Positions 28,537-41,895 of a stretch of DNA of 64,000 nucleotides are shown here, in pieces. The DNA is from Macrostomum lignano (lineage: Eukaryota): positions 150,885-214,884 of the forward strand of contig NIVC01001779.1 of NCBI GenBank assembly GCA_002269645.1. The letters run 5' to 3'. Each line of letters begins with the position of its first letter. Position 1 is the stretch's first letter. The translations under genes were made by a program, and so were the position numbers. The notes beneath the pieces were generated by a model, which was not told where the DNA came from, did no database searches, and saw nothing but the letters and a program-made list of their open reading frames with translations.

Positions 28537-29897
28537 GTGCTGGCGCCCCTGGTGCTGGCGCCCCTGATGCTGGCGCTCCTGGTGCTGGCGCTCCTGGTGC
28601 TGGCGCACCTGGTGCTGGCGCCCCTGGTGCTGGCGCCCCTGGTGCTGGCGCCCCTGGTGCTGGCGCCCCTGGTGCTGGCGCCCCTGGTGCTGGCGCCCCT
28701 GGTGCTGGCGCCCCTGGTGCTGGCGCCCCTGGTGCTGGCGCCCCTGGTGCTGGCGCCCCTGGTGCTGGCGCCCCTGGTGCTGGCGCCCCTGGTGCTGGCG
28801 CCCCTGGTGCTGGCGCCCCTGGTGCTGGCGCCCCTGGTGCTGGCGCCCCTGGTGCTGGCGCCCCTGGTGCTGGCGCCCCTGGTGCTGGCGCCCCTGGTGC
28901 TGGCGCCCCTGGTGCTGGCGCCCCTGGTGCTGGCGCCCCTGGTGCTGGCGCCCCTGGTGCTGGCGCCCCTGGTGCTGGCGCCCCTGGTGCTGGCGCCCCT
29001 GGTGCTGGCGCCCCTGGTGCTGGCGCCCCTGGTGCTGGCGCCCCTGGTGCTGGCGCCCCTGGTGCTGGCGCCCCTGGTGCTGGCGCCCCTGGTGCTGGCG
29101 CCCCTGGTGCTGGCGCCCCTGGTGCTGGCGCCCCTGGTGCTGGCGCCCCTGGTGCTGGCGCCCCTGGTGCTGGCGCCCCTGGTGCTGGCGCCCCTGGTGC
29201 TGGCGCCCCTGGTGCTGGCGCCCCTGGTGCTGGCGCCCCTGGTGCTGGCGCCCCTGGTGCTGGCGCCCCTGGTGCTGGCGCCCCTGGTGCTGGCGCCCCT
29301 GGTGCTGGCGCCCCTGGTGCTGGCGCCCCTGGTGCTGGCGCCCCTGGTGCTGGCGCCCCTGGTGCTGGCGCCCCTGGTGCTGGCGCCCCTGGTGCTGGCG
29401 CCCCTGGTGCTGGCGCCCCTGGTGCTGGCGCCCCTGGTGCTGGCGCCCCTGGTGCTGGCGCCCCTGGTGCTGGCGCCCCTGGTGCTGGCGCCCCTGGTGC
29501 TGGCGCCCCTGGTGCTGGCGCCCCTGGTGCTGGCGCCCCTGGTGCTGGCGCCCCTGGTGCTGGCGCTCCTGGTGCTGGCGCACCTGGTGCTGGCGCACCT
29601 GGTGCTGGCGCCCCTGGTGCTGGCGCCCCTGGTGCTGGCGCCCCTGGTGCTAAAGCCCCTGGTGCTGGCGCCCCTGGTGCTGGCGCCCCTGGTGCTAAAG
29701 CCCCTGGTGCTAAAGCCCTTGGTGCTAAAGCCCCTGGTGCTTACATGTAATCCTGGTGCTTACATGTAATCCTGGTGCTTACATTTAATCCTGGTGCTTA
29801 CATGTAATCCTGGTGCTTACATGTAATCCTGGTGCTTACATGTAATTCTGGTGCTTACATGTAATCCTGGTGCTTACATGTAATCCTGGTGCTTACC
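28537..29897. repeat. GC-rich 15-bp minisatellite (cctggtgctggcgcc, about 80 units) grading into a 19-bp repeat (cctggtgcttacatgtaat, about 8 units)
   Basis: Directly visible; both units share the cctggtgct core. Confidence 0.97.
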
Positions 29898-30324
29898 TTG
29901 CACGTAAATATATTCTATGCTGTTTAATTAACAAAATTACAAAAACTAAATTTGGTTGCATGAAGATTCGACATTGAATGAGCCTTGTTGTGGCAAAGTT
30001 AATACTAATTATGAAATATTTTAAAGGCAACACGCAGTGCTTCTGCATTACACGATTGAGAAACCAGTTTTTGCAAAACATCAAGAGTGTGGGCCTTTAA
30101 TATAAGGAATTGTACAGTAGTTTGTCTTGCAGCGCAAAAGTTTCCGTGGGAAACTTAGGCGAACGTTACATTGAATGAAACTTTAATGTTTCCAAAGCAA
30201 GCAGTACGAGCGTACGTTCGGAAGAATACTTATAAAATGTTTTCATTGCTTCATATGATTGCATGGTAAACTGACAACCAATGGCTGATGACACCATTTG
30301 TTCCTAGATCTGTCTTACTCTTCC

Positions 30325-30625
30325 AGCTCCTCTCTCCTCTCCTATCTCCTCTCTTGTCTCCTTTATCCTTTCCTCTCTCGTCTCTTCTCTCTCATCTCCT
30401 CTACTCTCCTCTCTCCTCTCCTGTCTCTTCTCCTCTACTCTCCTTTCCTTTCCTCTCCTCTCTTGTCTCATTTCTCCTCTCTTGTCTCCTTTCTCCTTTC
30501 CTCTCTCGTCTCTTCTCTCTCATCTCCTCTCTTCTCTCCTCTACTCTCCTCTATCCTTTCTTCTCTTGTCTCCTCTCTTCCTTCCTCTCTTCTCTCCTTT
30601 CTTCTTCCTTCTCACTCCTCTCTTC
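30325..30625. repeat. Degenerate CT-rich low-complexity tract
   Basis: Almost pure pyrimidine on the + strand. Confidence 0.85.
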
Positions 30626-31299
30626 TCCTGAGTCTCTACAGTCTCTTGTATTCTACTCGAATCTCCTCTTTTCTTCCGCTTCAACTCCCATTCCGCTCGA
30701 TCAAGACTGAAAGCAACACACTAATATTTGTTATAATTCAGCTTTAAAATGTTCCAAATTTTTCAATCGCTTCAAAAAGAATTGCCAACGCCGCGATTTT
30801 TATAGCTCGCAATAAATCCGAGCATTAAAGCTGGCAGTGATTTACGACTTAGTCCACAAAAAAATGGCTATTTTTCATCTTATCTCTTCTCATACTGGGC
30901 CCGGCTTGACCTTCAATCTATATAGTTGAGGCTAGAATCTAGCGAATTGGGCCATTTACTACCCCGAGTATTTGCTCAACACTGTACAGTATAGCTAATG
31001 CTTCAGATAGCTAAACTAATGTTTGCACATTTGTGTACATGATCCATCCGGGATATCCATCAGGCTCAAGCTAGACTCCAGTCACTGTGTCTTAAGCTCA
31101 GTTGAGCAGTTCCCTGTTTGCGGCTATTTTATGAATTGATTTATGATCCATCTATGCCATGCAGAGGGGCTTACAGATATGAAGCCAATGAGAGAAGAGT
31201 GGAGAGAGAGAGGAAGAAAGAGGAATGGGGAAGGAGGAAAGACAGAAATACGAGCGTAGGGGAGACGAGGAGAGATTATAATAGAGAAAAGGTAAGAGA

Positions 31300-31745
31300 T
31301 TAGATTAGAAGGAAAGGGATGAGATGAGATTAGAAGGAAAGGGGTGAGATGAGATTAAAAAGAAAGGGGTGAGATGAGATTAGAAAGAAAGGGCTGAGAT
31401 TAGATTAGAGAGAAAGGGGTGAGATGAGATTAGAAAGAAAGGGCTGAGATAAGATTAGAGAGAAAGGGCTGAGATGAGATTAGAGAGAAAGGGGTGAGAT
31501 GAGATTAGAATGAAAGGGGTGAGATGAGATTAGAATGAAAGGGGTGAGATGAGATTAGAAAGAAAGGGGTGAGATGAAATTAGAAAGAAAGGGCTGAGAT
31601 AAGATTAGAGAGAAAGGGGTGAAATTAGATTAGAGAGAAAAGGGGTGAGATGAGGTTAAAATAAAAGGGGTCAGATGAGATTGGAGAAAAGGGGATGAGA
31701 TGGGATTAGAAAGAAAAAGGGGTGAAATGAGATTAGAATGAAAGG
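31300..31745. repeat. Degenerate GA-rich tandem repeat of about 25 bp (gagatgagattagaaagaaaggggt)
   Basis: Directly visible. Confidence 0.85.
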
Positions 31746-32228
31746 GTGAGAGGCCGAGAGGGACCAAACTTTACAACCCCAGGAAAACAGCTAAACTGCT
31801 ACATGCATGGTAAGCATCCAATTTTAAAGCATGTGATGATACATGTACATGTACATGCACGAGCGTACGAGCTACATGTACATCTACCTCGAAAACTTGT
31901 GCAAAACAAGAAAGATGGCAAACAAGAAAGAAAGAAAATTAAGAAAAACTGATAAACTTCGCTTTTAGGGTCGCGCTTCTTAGAATTGCGATGCCAGAGT
32001 TACGTAACTGGTTCAGAAATCACAGAACAGTCTGTTTACGCAATATAGTCTCTTTTTACTAAGCAAATTTTAACGTTTGCTGCTGTGATTCGGTTTTGTT
32101 TGGAAATGTTTTAACATTTTCATTTTTTGATATTTTCACTGCATGCGTTTTTTCAAGTTTTTCTTGATTCCTCTTGCGGGAGCGCGTTGAAAACATTTTT
32201 GAAGATTGTTGAAAATGATTAAAAATGA

Positions 32229-32410
32229 TGTGGGGCGATTCTCTAAGATTGTGGGGCGATTTTCTAAGATTATGGGGCGATTCTCTAAAAGTGTCTTGGG
32301 GCGATTCTCTAAAAGTGTCTTGGGGCGATTCTCTAAGATTGCGGGCGATTCCCGAAGATTGTGGGCGATTCCCGAAGATTGTGGGCGATTCCCGAAGATT
32401 TTGGGGCGAT
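32229..32410. repeat. Tandem repeat of about 21 bp (ggggcgattctctaagattgt), about 8-9 units
   Basis: Directly visible. Confidence 0.85.
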
Positions 32411-34034
32411 CGTTGGTGAGTCTGTAATACTATCCAGAGAATGTTTTCGACATTTTCAAGTGCAATATTCTAAGAACGTTTATAGGGCCGTTATTCAAGA
32501 GGCCCTCTAGGCCCTCCATCAAAATTTCGATGGTGATTGTTCAAGATATTAACAAAGGCGATCTAATTAAGTCGATGCAGGCGCTTAATGATTGTCAAGA
32601 GCATTTTAAGCTGTCAGGGATGTCATAAAAAACAAAGGAAGTGCTACAAGTTTACTGATTTAATATTTAATAATGCTTTATACTTTCTTCTAGAAAGTAA
32701 ATAATCTTTGCAGATATGCAGTTAGTAAATGAAGATAATTAATAATGTTCAATTCTCGTGAAGCCTGCAGCGAAGCAATAAGTAACAAAACAAAAACAAA
32801 TATTACACAGATCCATCACTCAGTCAGTAGTTAGAAACAATTGCAAAATCCCATATCAATTAAGAGCAATAAATTACGAAGATAGCTGTTAGGTTAATTA
32901 GAAATTACTTATAAAAATACATTTAATGAAGTGCAGCATGCCAATGATGGAATAAACACATTCTGTGGATACCATAATTAAATTTCTTCCAGATGAAAAC
33001 GTCACAATAGTTTGTTGTCAAACAGATGAACTGTGGTTGGTATATAAAAATTAGCATTAAAAATGGCTAATTGCGTAAGCTGATACGATGTTATTTTGTA
33101 AGACTGCTTTCAGACTAGATTTTTTTAGCATAAAACAAGCTTGTGTCGCTGACAATAATAACCAATGTACCCTAGTACTTTACCATAAATTTAGCAACAA
33201 AAAGACCACAAATGAAAAATTCATGCAAACGTAAAGACTCCAGAGTCTTCTATGGACAAAATAAATTTCTATAAACGTTTAGTTAGCTGTAAAGTGAGAA
33301 TTAAAACAAACATTAAGGCCCAATGACATTCGCAACTTTACACAAGAATATCAGCTGCAATGCTAAGGCAATTAATATAAATTTAACAAAACATCTGCCT
33401 GGATTATTAAACTACAACTTATAATAAATCTTAGTATACTCAAATTTCCACAGCTCGAATCTTTGCTGATCGACGCACTATTTGACAGTGCGAAATCGTG
33501 TTAAAGGTAATAAAAAATAATTTACGCTAGTAAGTTAATGATTGAAGCAGCTATTGATCCGAGTTAAAAAAATTGATATACATAAACGTTAACAAAGCCA
33601 CAAAGATATTCCAGATAAAATATATGCGATACGAAAGCAATATGAAACATTTGAATATGCACACATTAAACAAATATCAGCTTGTTATCTGATAATATCC
33701 AATGAAACAGTTTTCACCCAGAAAAATAGACGTACAAGTTAAGAGGTTGATGAAATATATCGGTACAAAATGCCTAAAGCAGGATGGAAGGAAGAGAGGT
33801 ACAAGACAGATAGATGCATGAGATTTGAGGGCGAGGGAAGAGCTTGGAAGTCAAGAGGTGAGATTAGGGCGAGGGGGTGAGACTAGAGGGCGAGTGATGA
33901 TGTGATCGAATGTGGAACTCGGATTGAATGAGAATAGAAGAAGGAAAAAACCTTACGGGGCAAGTTGAAGCGATCTTGAATCTTGAAAACGCAGAATGAA
34001 GAGAGTGCAAATAAACATCCAATGCTTCCCTTCA

Positions 34035-36668
34035 CTAGGCTTGGTGATCTCGACTGCCCGTCAGACGATGAAACATTTGTTCGTTAATTTCCTGACTTCG
34101 GTCGGGCTTTCTCAGGCTGAGGAACACGTAGCCGCCGACCATTTCGGCCAGCGTTTTGCACACGGACAGCCGGGAGGCAAAGAATGGGCTGGGGACCAAA
34201 GTCATCTCGTGCGGCGGCCGGTTGAGGGTCAGACGGAAGCTCATTACCTCCCAGTTGACGGTCCAGGAGGCGAGTTCCTGGGTTGGAGTTGGAAACAAAT
34301 TTAATGTGTTTGCTGATGATGATTAGGGCAACAAATATTTACAATAGAACTTGTTCCCGGTTACAGGTAACATAGTTAAAAGACGACAGATAGTTTCACG
34401 TAGCTAAAGCACCGGTTCCCGGCTTTTCTCACCTGGTATCGCCAGGTATTGAGGATATCCCCGGTCTGCACGTCCAGCCGCATAATCCTGTTAAACGCTA
34501 CGCCAAACAGGGCGTCGTGATTTTTGCGTCGCTCTTTACGAAACTCGCTAAACGTCATCGGCTTGGAGCGACTCTCCGTGTAATTAACAAGGAAATACGC
34601 CACCCCGTGCATTGGCAATCGTTGCCAGGTGCGAATGTACTCCAGCTTCGACTCGAGTAAATTTAGACTCCGTACGTTTGCGTGGCGCTCCAAAATGCCC
34701 TGAGTACGAGGATTGAGCAAGCGAAATTTGTATTTATGCACAAAGTACTTAATAATCAGATTATCAGACTACAACTCTACAACTTCTACAACTTCAGCAA
34801 AACAAAATATCCGAAGTATTTACCTGCAACAGAGCCCGACTCTTGTGCTTCTTTAGGCAGCGCAAGGCAACGAAATCGGCCACATCAATGTTGGGCATGC
34901 TGTCAACAGTCAGCATTGGCTGCGGCCTTGGCGCCTGCATGTCCAGTCTTGTCAGGGTCTCCTTCAGTTCGCTGTCATAGAGACTCTTGCTAGCCAAAGT
35001 TTTGCCCCGAGACGCCAGGGAGATTGCAGCAACCCACTGGGCGTACTGGTCTTTGGTCTCGCAGCGGAGCCACACCTCTTGCATTAGTCCGGACTGGGTC
35101 AGGATGAACAAGCGGATGCCAAACTTTCTGGTAGTCATGTTCAAATCCGGCACAACTTCGGCATTTTTTAAATTGAACGACTCAACAAAGGCGGCCATTT
35201 GACTAGCTGCGGCCTGGTCCGGGTACAGGTAGAGCGTCGTATCTCGCAGGGCAAAGAAGTACCGTTTGTAGTTCTTCAGAGTGAAACGTTTGGGTTTGAA
35301 AAATTTCAGGTAGCCAGAAAGTTCGGGCACCTCGCGCACCTCTGGCTGCTTCTGTTGAAGATGCTGTTGCTCCGACTGCTGACGTGACAAGTTCCCGATG
35401 CCATAGTGCGCGTCCGACATCAGCGACATCTCTAGATCGGCCAGTGCAGCGTCGATTTCGTCATCGGCAGCCGTGTCCTCCTCTGTGACTGTAGCCGCCG
35501 CAGCGGCAGCGGAAGCCGCAGCGCCGGAATGTGACGATGTTGCTCGTTGAGGATCGTTTGCCTGTAGATGGGCCTGCAACTGCAGAGCAGCGAGCAGCAT
35601 CATTTCCTCATCGGTGCAGTCGATCTCCTCAGTGAGAAGGGACCATTTGACCTGCTCGTAGATCTGGTTGATGCGAATAGCGTCATATTTGATGTTCAAA
35701 TCGTAGAATGCAAAGTATTTGAATCGCAGCAGCAGTTCCTCTTCGCAGCCAGGTCGGACGCCCTGCTCCATTAGCGACTTGGACGAGTCCAGCCACGTGA
35801 CTGACAGCATTGCTCGTTCGGTGTTGCTTCTCAACCGCTGAAGACCCTTCTCAGTCAGGGCCGTCTGCAACGGCACGTGTGGACTATTGGCCAAGTAGCT
35901 CTCGTCGGCACCCTCGAAAGCCAGCGAGTTGATGGACATCGGCGACATGAGGTTGGCGGACTCTCCTAGCCGAGGACTGCCAGGCGACTTTACCAGGCTG
36001 TCCGCTCCGTTTCCGTAGGGCAAAGTGCCCGCCGTCATTGAAGGCGCCTTCGGAACCAGCGGATTAAAGGCGTCGCTTCGTCTATTGTTCGATAGGCGCT
36101 TTCGCGAGTCCATAGTGTCATTGCCGCCGTTTCTATTGATCGATCGCGATCGGCGCATGCTGCTGAACCGGCTGGACTTGGTTGTCCCGACGCTGTACGC
36201 GTAGCCGTCACCGCCGCCGCCGCCGCCGCCCAGACCGAAATCTGCCGTGTCAATTCGGCGCTTCAGTGAGAGCTCTTCCGGGTGCCGGATGCCCAGATCC
36301 TTGCAGATGCTCATCACTACGCTGAATACAGTCTGGGAAAAATTGACTCTAAGCTCCTTCTCCTGGAGATCGGGAAGCTGGAGGCGCAGCCAGTTGTGCA
36401 TCCGATGGAATTCCAGCTTGGCGTCGGCTTGCACACCATTCTGGTCGAGAGTCTGTCGAGTTTTCAGCAGCCAACAGTTCCTCTCGGGCCACCAGAGCCC
36501 ATGGTCCGACCAATCAAGCTTAACATCGATTGCTTCGACGAGTTTCAGCATGACGCCGCCGATATGCGTCTCGCCGGAGACGCGGATGCGCTTGACAATT
36601 TGCAGGTCTTCGACTAGTATGCTGAGCTCCCAGCTGCCGTCAACGTAAATTCCATGGCCGAGGTCCAT
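34035..36668 (-). CDS. FERMT2: Kindlin (fermitin family / UNC-112), 784 aa
   Basis: Exons 36668-34824, 34699-34433 and 34277-34035, all phase 0 GT-AG. Motifs: DGSWELSILV (F0), DWSDHGLWWP, RHPEELSL, WLDSSKSLMEQGV, LRFKYFAFYDL, RINQIYEQVKWSLLTEEIDCTDEEMMLLAALQ, a PH domain (LSGYLKFFKPKRFTLKNYKRY), F3 WTVNWEV, and a C-terminal GGYVFLSLR...FHRLTG. The symbol gives the family, not strict orthology. Confidence 0.95.
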
Positions 36669-38737
36669 GACGGAGAATCTCAGGCTCAAACTGAACTAGA
36701 CTGTCGACTGTGTTGTTTATAATATCGTCTGGTGGTTTTAGCTCGCGCGCTCGTGTCTTCTAAAAGCAAATGCTTTCTTGATCGAATTAGCTCAACTATC
36801 CGTTGCTTTCGGAGTTGCAGAGTCCATAAGTAAATTTATTGATTCGTAAAATATTATAATAGATGCTTTTGCTAATAACTATTTTTTCGTCTCTCAACGT
36901 AAACGCACTAAGCGCTGTCGATTGTATTTCCGTGCAGGAGTAAGTGAACGGCTTTTCCGCTAAGAGCAAAGCAGTACAACTCGCGATAGAAATGTATGCT
37001 GGCAAACGGACCCTGGCACTAATACTACATATAAAGCCAAAGAAGAGCTCTCTTTTTTGTTTCTGCTCTTGAGTTCGTTTCCGTTCTACTCTTATCAGGC
37101 AAAGCCAGGCGTGCTTGAGCGGCCGCGAAGGGAGGGGGTTAGTGTTATTACAGCTCTCTCTCTCTCTCTCTCTTTGGTTTAGTCTGTATGTGGCGCCCGC
37201 CACTCCAAATATGTACGTCTTACAAACTGAAATTGGGGCGCTGGGCGGTGGGTAGGGGGTCTCTCGGCTTGAAGAGGGGTGAGTGTGAGGAGGAGGGAGG
37301 GCCTGCTTGGGTGGTGGGGTTGGGGAGGGGTTCCGTGGAATGCGAGCAACACCCCCCCCGGCCGCCTGGCCTGAACCAGGCTATAAAATAGAGAAAAGAG
37401 GGGTTGGATTCAGTGCCGGGGGACTGGGAGCCCCGCCCTCCCCTAATAAGGTAACGGCCTGTCTATGCAAGGCGAGAGGGTTAGAGAGGTACGGAGGGGG
37501 TTTACAAAGGTTTGGCGGCTGTTGGGGCAAAGGCCTGCCCTCGTGGCTTACATTGGGGAATCCCCATTGGCGCGTACACACGGAGGGGGGGCTCAGGGCC
37601 TGACTCGGTTTTTTTGCCGGACCTGTATTGCCTGGCTGTCTGTCTGTCTCTTCTGGAGGGGGAGAGGGCGTTGGAGAGAGAAGGGAGGGAACTCGGGAGC
37701 AAAGAGGGGAAGAGAAAAGAAGAAAAGTGTTGTATGAAGGTAAAAGGACTGGGAAGGGAGGGGAGGGCGTCACCGCCAGTCATAAGTTCCTCTTTTTCTC
37801 TCCCGCCGGTTCGCCAGTAAAAATTAGGCCCTATCCAAATGGATACTTCTACTGTACTCTGCTGATGCTTCGTGCATCCGAGGGGGTGGGGCAAGTTTGA
37901 TGGGGAATGGCAAACTGGACTGCATCCCCCATTTCCTAATCTCTCTCCATGGAGGGGTCAGTTAGTAGAAGAACAGGAGAGGCAGACGGACAGACAGACA
38001 GACGGAGATAAAGGCGGGAGAGAAGTGTGAAGCCCCCAGGATAAGGCCACTTCACTTCCCCTCCACTTTTTTGTCCCTTCCCCATCCCCAATCTCCCCTC
38101 TTCATCTGCTAATCCCTTATAATATCTACACTACAGAACTGACCCGCACAGGCTTAGTAACTAACGCCAGTCAGTTTCAGGTCTTAGGAGAGGCATCAGC
38201 AGTGGGTCTGCAGCGCAATAACAATTTTCCTCTGCCTCTATCCCTAATTCTTCCCCAATTTCCGACTGTCCTGAACAAAAAAGATAGGATCCCATTTTGT
38301 TGGCTGTTGCTAAGCGGTTCGTTCAAGTATCCGTTTCCCCGAATCCCCGGCCGTAGCTATGGGTCGGATCCAATGCTAAGTTGCATCTTCCTTCAGTGAC
38401 TGACTTGCAACTATAGCGGCCTCACTTGAATGAGCATAATTTACTGTGGTAAAATCACGCCGCCATATCGAGGGTGTTTTAATAAGGCTAAGGTGTACTT
38501 ATGCTGCGTCGAATTCTATACAACTGCTGTTATTATTGTTGATTGGCACACCAAGCGTTGCTGATGGCAACGAATACCAGATACGAGCGTACAAATTAAC
38601 GAAAGGGAAAATACATACAAAAAAGTTAGTGAAGACTCGGGGCAAGTTGCATTCTTGTTTGTGTCATGTCTCTGATAAAATTGTCTGGAATTTTCATTTA
38701 TCTTTATTAGTAATAATTAAGGTAAAACACTATCCGT

Positions 38738-40790
38738 GATTTCCTACTCCCTGACATTCAGTGGGGTTGCTACTCCCTGACATTCAATGGGTCAGTGGAT
38801 TGCTACTCCCTGATATTCAATGGGTCAGTGGATTGCTACTCCCTGATATTCAGTGGGTTGCTACTCCCTGACATTCAGTGGGGTTGCTACTCCCTGACAT
38901 TCAGTGGGGTTGCTACTCCCTGACATTCAGTGGGGTTGCTACTCCCTGACATTCAGTGGGGTTGCTACTCCCTGATATTCAGTGGGTCAGTGGATTGCTA
39001 CTCCCTGATATTCAGTGGGTTGCTACTCCCTGACATTCAGTGGGGTTGCTACTCCCTGACATTCAGTGGGGTTGCTACTCCCTGACATTCAGTGGGGTTG
39101 CTACTCCCTGACATTCAGTGGGGTTGCTACTCCCTGACATTCAGTGGGGTTGCTACTCCCTGACATTCAGTGGGTTGCTACTCCCTGATATTCAGTGGGT
39201 CAGTGGATTGCTACTCCCTGATATTCAGTGGGTTTCTACTCCCTGACATTCAGTGGGGTTGCTACTCCCTGATATTCAGTGGGTCAGTGGGTTGCTACTC
39301 CCTGATATTCAGTGGATTGCTACTCCCTGACATTCAGTGGGGTTGCTACTCCCTGACATTCAGTGGGGTTGCTACTCCCTGACATTCAGTGGGGTTGCTA
39401 CTCCCTGACATTCAGTGGGTTGCTACTCCCTGACATTCAGTGGGGTTGCTACTCCCTGACATTCAGTGGGGTTGCTACTCCCTGATATTCAGCGGGTCAG
39501 TGGATTGCTACTCCCTGATATTCAGTGGGTTGCTACTCCCTGACATTCAGTGGGGTTGCTACTCCCTGACATTCAGTGGGGTTGCTACTCCCTGACATTC
39601 AGTGGGGTTGCTACTCCCTGACATTCAGTGGGGTTGCTACTCCCTGACATTCAGTGGGGTTGCTACTCCCTGACATTCGGTGGGGTTGCTACTCCCTGAC
39701 ATTCAGTGGGTCAGTGGATTGCTACTCCCTGACATTCAGTGGGGTTGTTACTCCCTGATATTCAGTGGGTTGCTACTCCCTGACATTCAGTGGGGTTGCT
39801 ACTCCCTGATATTCAGTGGGTCAGTGGATTGCTACTCCCTGATATTCAGTGGGTTGCTACTCCCTGACATTCAGTGGGGTTGCTACTCCCTGATATTCAG
39901 TGGGTCAGTGGATTGCTACTCCCTGATATTCAGTGGGTTGCTACTCCCTGACATTCAGTGGGGTTGCTACTCCCTGACATTCAGTGGGGTTGCTACTCCC
40001 TGACATTCAGTGGGGTTGCTACTCCCTGACATTCAGTGGGGTTGCTACTCCCTGACATTCAGTGGGGTTGCTACTCCCTGACATTCAGTGGGGTTGCTAC
40101 TCCCTGACATTCAGTGGGGTTGCTACTCCCTGACATTCAGTGGGGTTGCTACTCCCTGATATTCAGTGGGTCAGTGGATTGCTACTCCCTGATATTCAGT
40201 GGGTTTCTACTCCCTGACATTCAGTGGGGTTGCTACTCCCTGATATTCAGTGGGTCAGTGGGTTGCTACTCCCTGATATTCAGTGGGTTGCTACTCCCTG
40301 ACATTCAGTGGGGTTGCTACTCCCTGACATTCAGTGGGGTTGCTACTCCCTGATATTCAGTGGGGTTGCTACTCCCTGACATTCAGTGGGGTTGCTACTC
40401 CCTGACATTCAGTGGGGTTGCTACTCCCTGACATTCAGTGGGGTTGCTACTCCCTGACATTCAGTGGGTTGCTACTCCCTGACATTCGGTGGGGTTGCTA
40501 CTCCCTGACATTCGGTGGGGTTGCTACTCCCTGACATTCAGTGGGTCAGTGGATTGCTACTCCCTGATATTCAGTGGATTGCTACTCCCTGATATTCAGT
40601 GGGGTTGCTACTCCCTGATATTCAGTGGGTCAGTGGATTGCTACTCCCTGACATTCAGTGGGGTTGTTACTCCCTGATATTCAGTGGATTGCTACTCCCT
40701 GACATTCAGTGGGGTTGCTACCTCCTGACATTTAGTGGGGTTGCTACTCCCTGATACTCAGTGGGGTCAGTGGATTGCTACTCCCTGACA
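38738..40790. repeat. Minisatellite of about 2 kb; 26-bp unit ctactccctgacattcagtggggttg with 25- and about 33-bp variants
   Basis: Directly visible. Confidence 0.96.
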
Positions 40791-41507
40791 TGACATTCAT
40801 TAGGTAATGGCTACATGTATTCTAGTCAACAATATTAGAATCCATAATTTACCAAAAGTTCTACTAGCAGTAGCAGCGCCAAGTACTGCTTCATTTATAT
40901 TTTAGTCAGACAAGATTGTTATGCATACTACTTGTACATGATATATCACTACGCTTTTATAACACAATTTCTTGTACAAGACAAATTGATTGCTTGGTTA
41001 ATGAAACCGCGTCTGTAGGTTGTCTGCAGGTAGCTATAGAATGCGACAATAATATTCATTTAGTATAGCAACAGCTCCTGTCTCAGCTATATACTTAAAC
41101 GCTCTCGCAGACTTCCTCCTTATCAGTTTTCTCCCTCTAGGCCATCCAATTATATAGGGAAATGCTCCGCTATCAAATTAGTTTATCCAACATTGCAAAA
41201 GCAAGTCCTACACTATGCAGAAGACGTTTATGTCAGCTCTTGCAGTGAAAGTGGGCGGCCGCATCTGCGGCAGCAAAAATGAGAATTGCAGATGAACTGG
41301 GAAATAAATTGCTATTGCAGCATTCTGAGGGCTCTGAGCAACAGACAGAATAATTTCATTTTCCCTCGAGTCCTTGCATTTACGAGTAGTCTAGAGCAGA
41401 ATTCTAAACGAGTCTTGATTGATAGTTACTACTGCTGAAGATGTTGCTTCTGAACTGACTATTGAACAAAAAGGTCATCTTCTAACAAATATCCTCTGCC
41501 TTTCTAT

Positions 41508-41715
41508 TTCAGCGGTAGCTCAGTGAAGGACACAGCAGGGAATGGCGGTAGCTCAGTGAAGGACACAGCAGGGAATGGCGGTAGCTCAGTGAAGGACACA
41601 GCAGGGAATGGCGGTAGCTCAGTGAAGGACACAGCAGGGAATGGCGGTAGCTCAGTGAAGGACACAGCAGGGAATGGCGGTAGCTCAGTGAAGGACACAG
41701 CAGGGAATAGCGGTG
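41508..41715. repeat. 33-bp tandem repeat, about 6 units (cagtgaaggacacagcagggaatggcggtagct)
   Basis: Directly visible; lies downstream of the TRP gene stop. Confidence 0.92.
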
Positions 41716-41895
41716 GACACAGTAGGGAATAGTGGTAGTGGTAGCTCAGTGCTGGGTAAGATTCAGATTCAACTTTTACTTAGATCTATTTGAGTAGGAA
41801 ATCGAGCCATTTATGAGTGGATCTAAGCATTATAGTGCAGTTAACAATGCAGCGCAGTGATGCTTAGTTACGAAAGAGCTTAGTAATCTAAAAAA

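Noticed and set aside
28513-29769. PLVLA (418 aa) and GRQHQ (354 aa) ORFs
   Set aside because: Repeat translations; unit variants are non-synonymous in the PLVLA frame. Only the PGAGA frame is kept as a hypothesis.
38738-40790. CRISPR-like appearance of this and other regular arrays (54575-56657, 61445-62200, 62640-63144)
   Set aside because: Units are contiguous with no unique spacers, there are no cas genes, and the context is eukaryotic.
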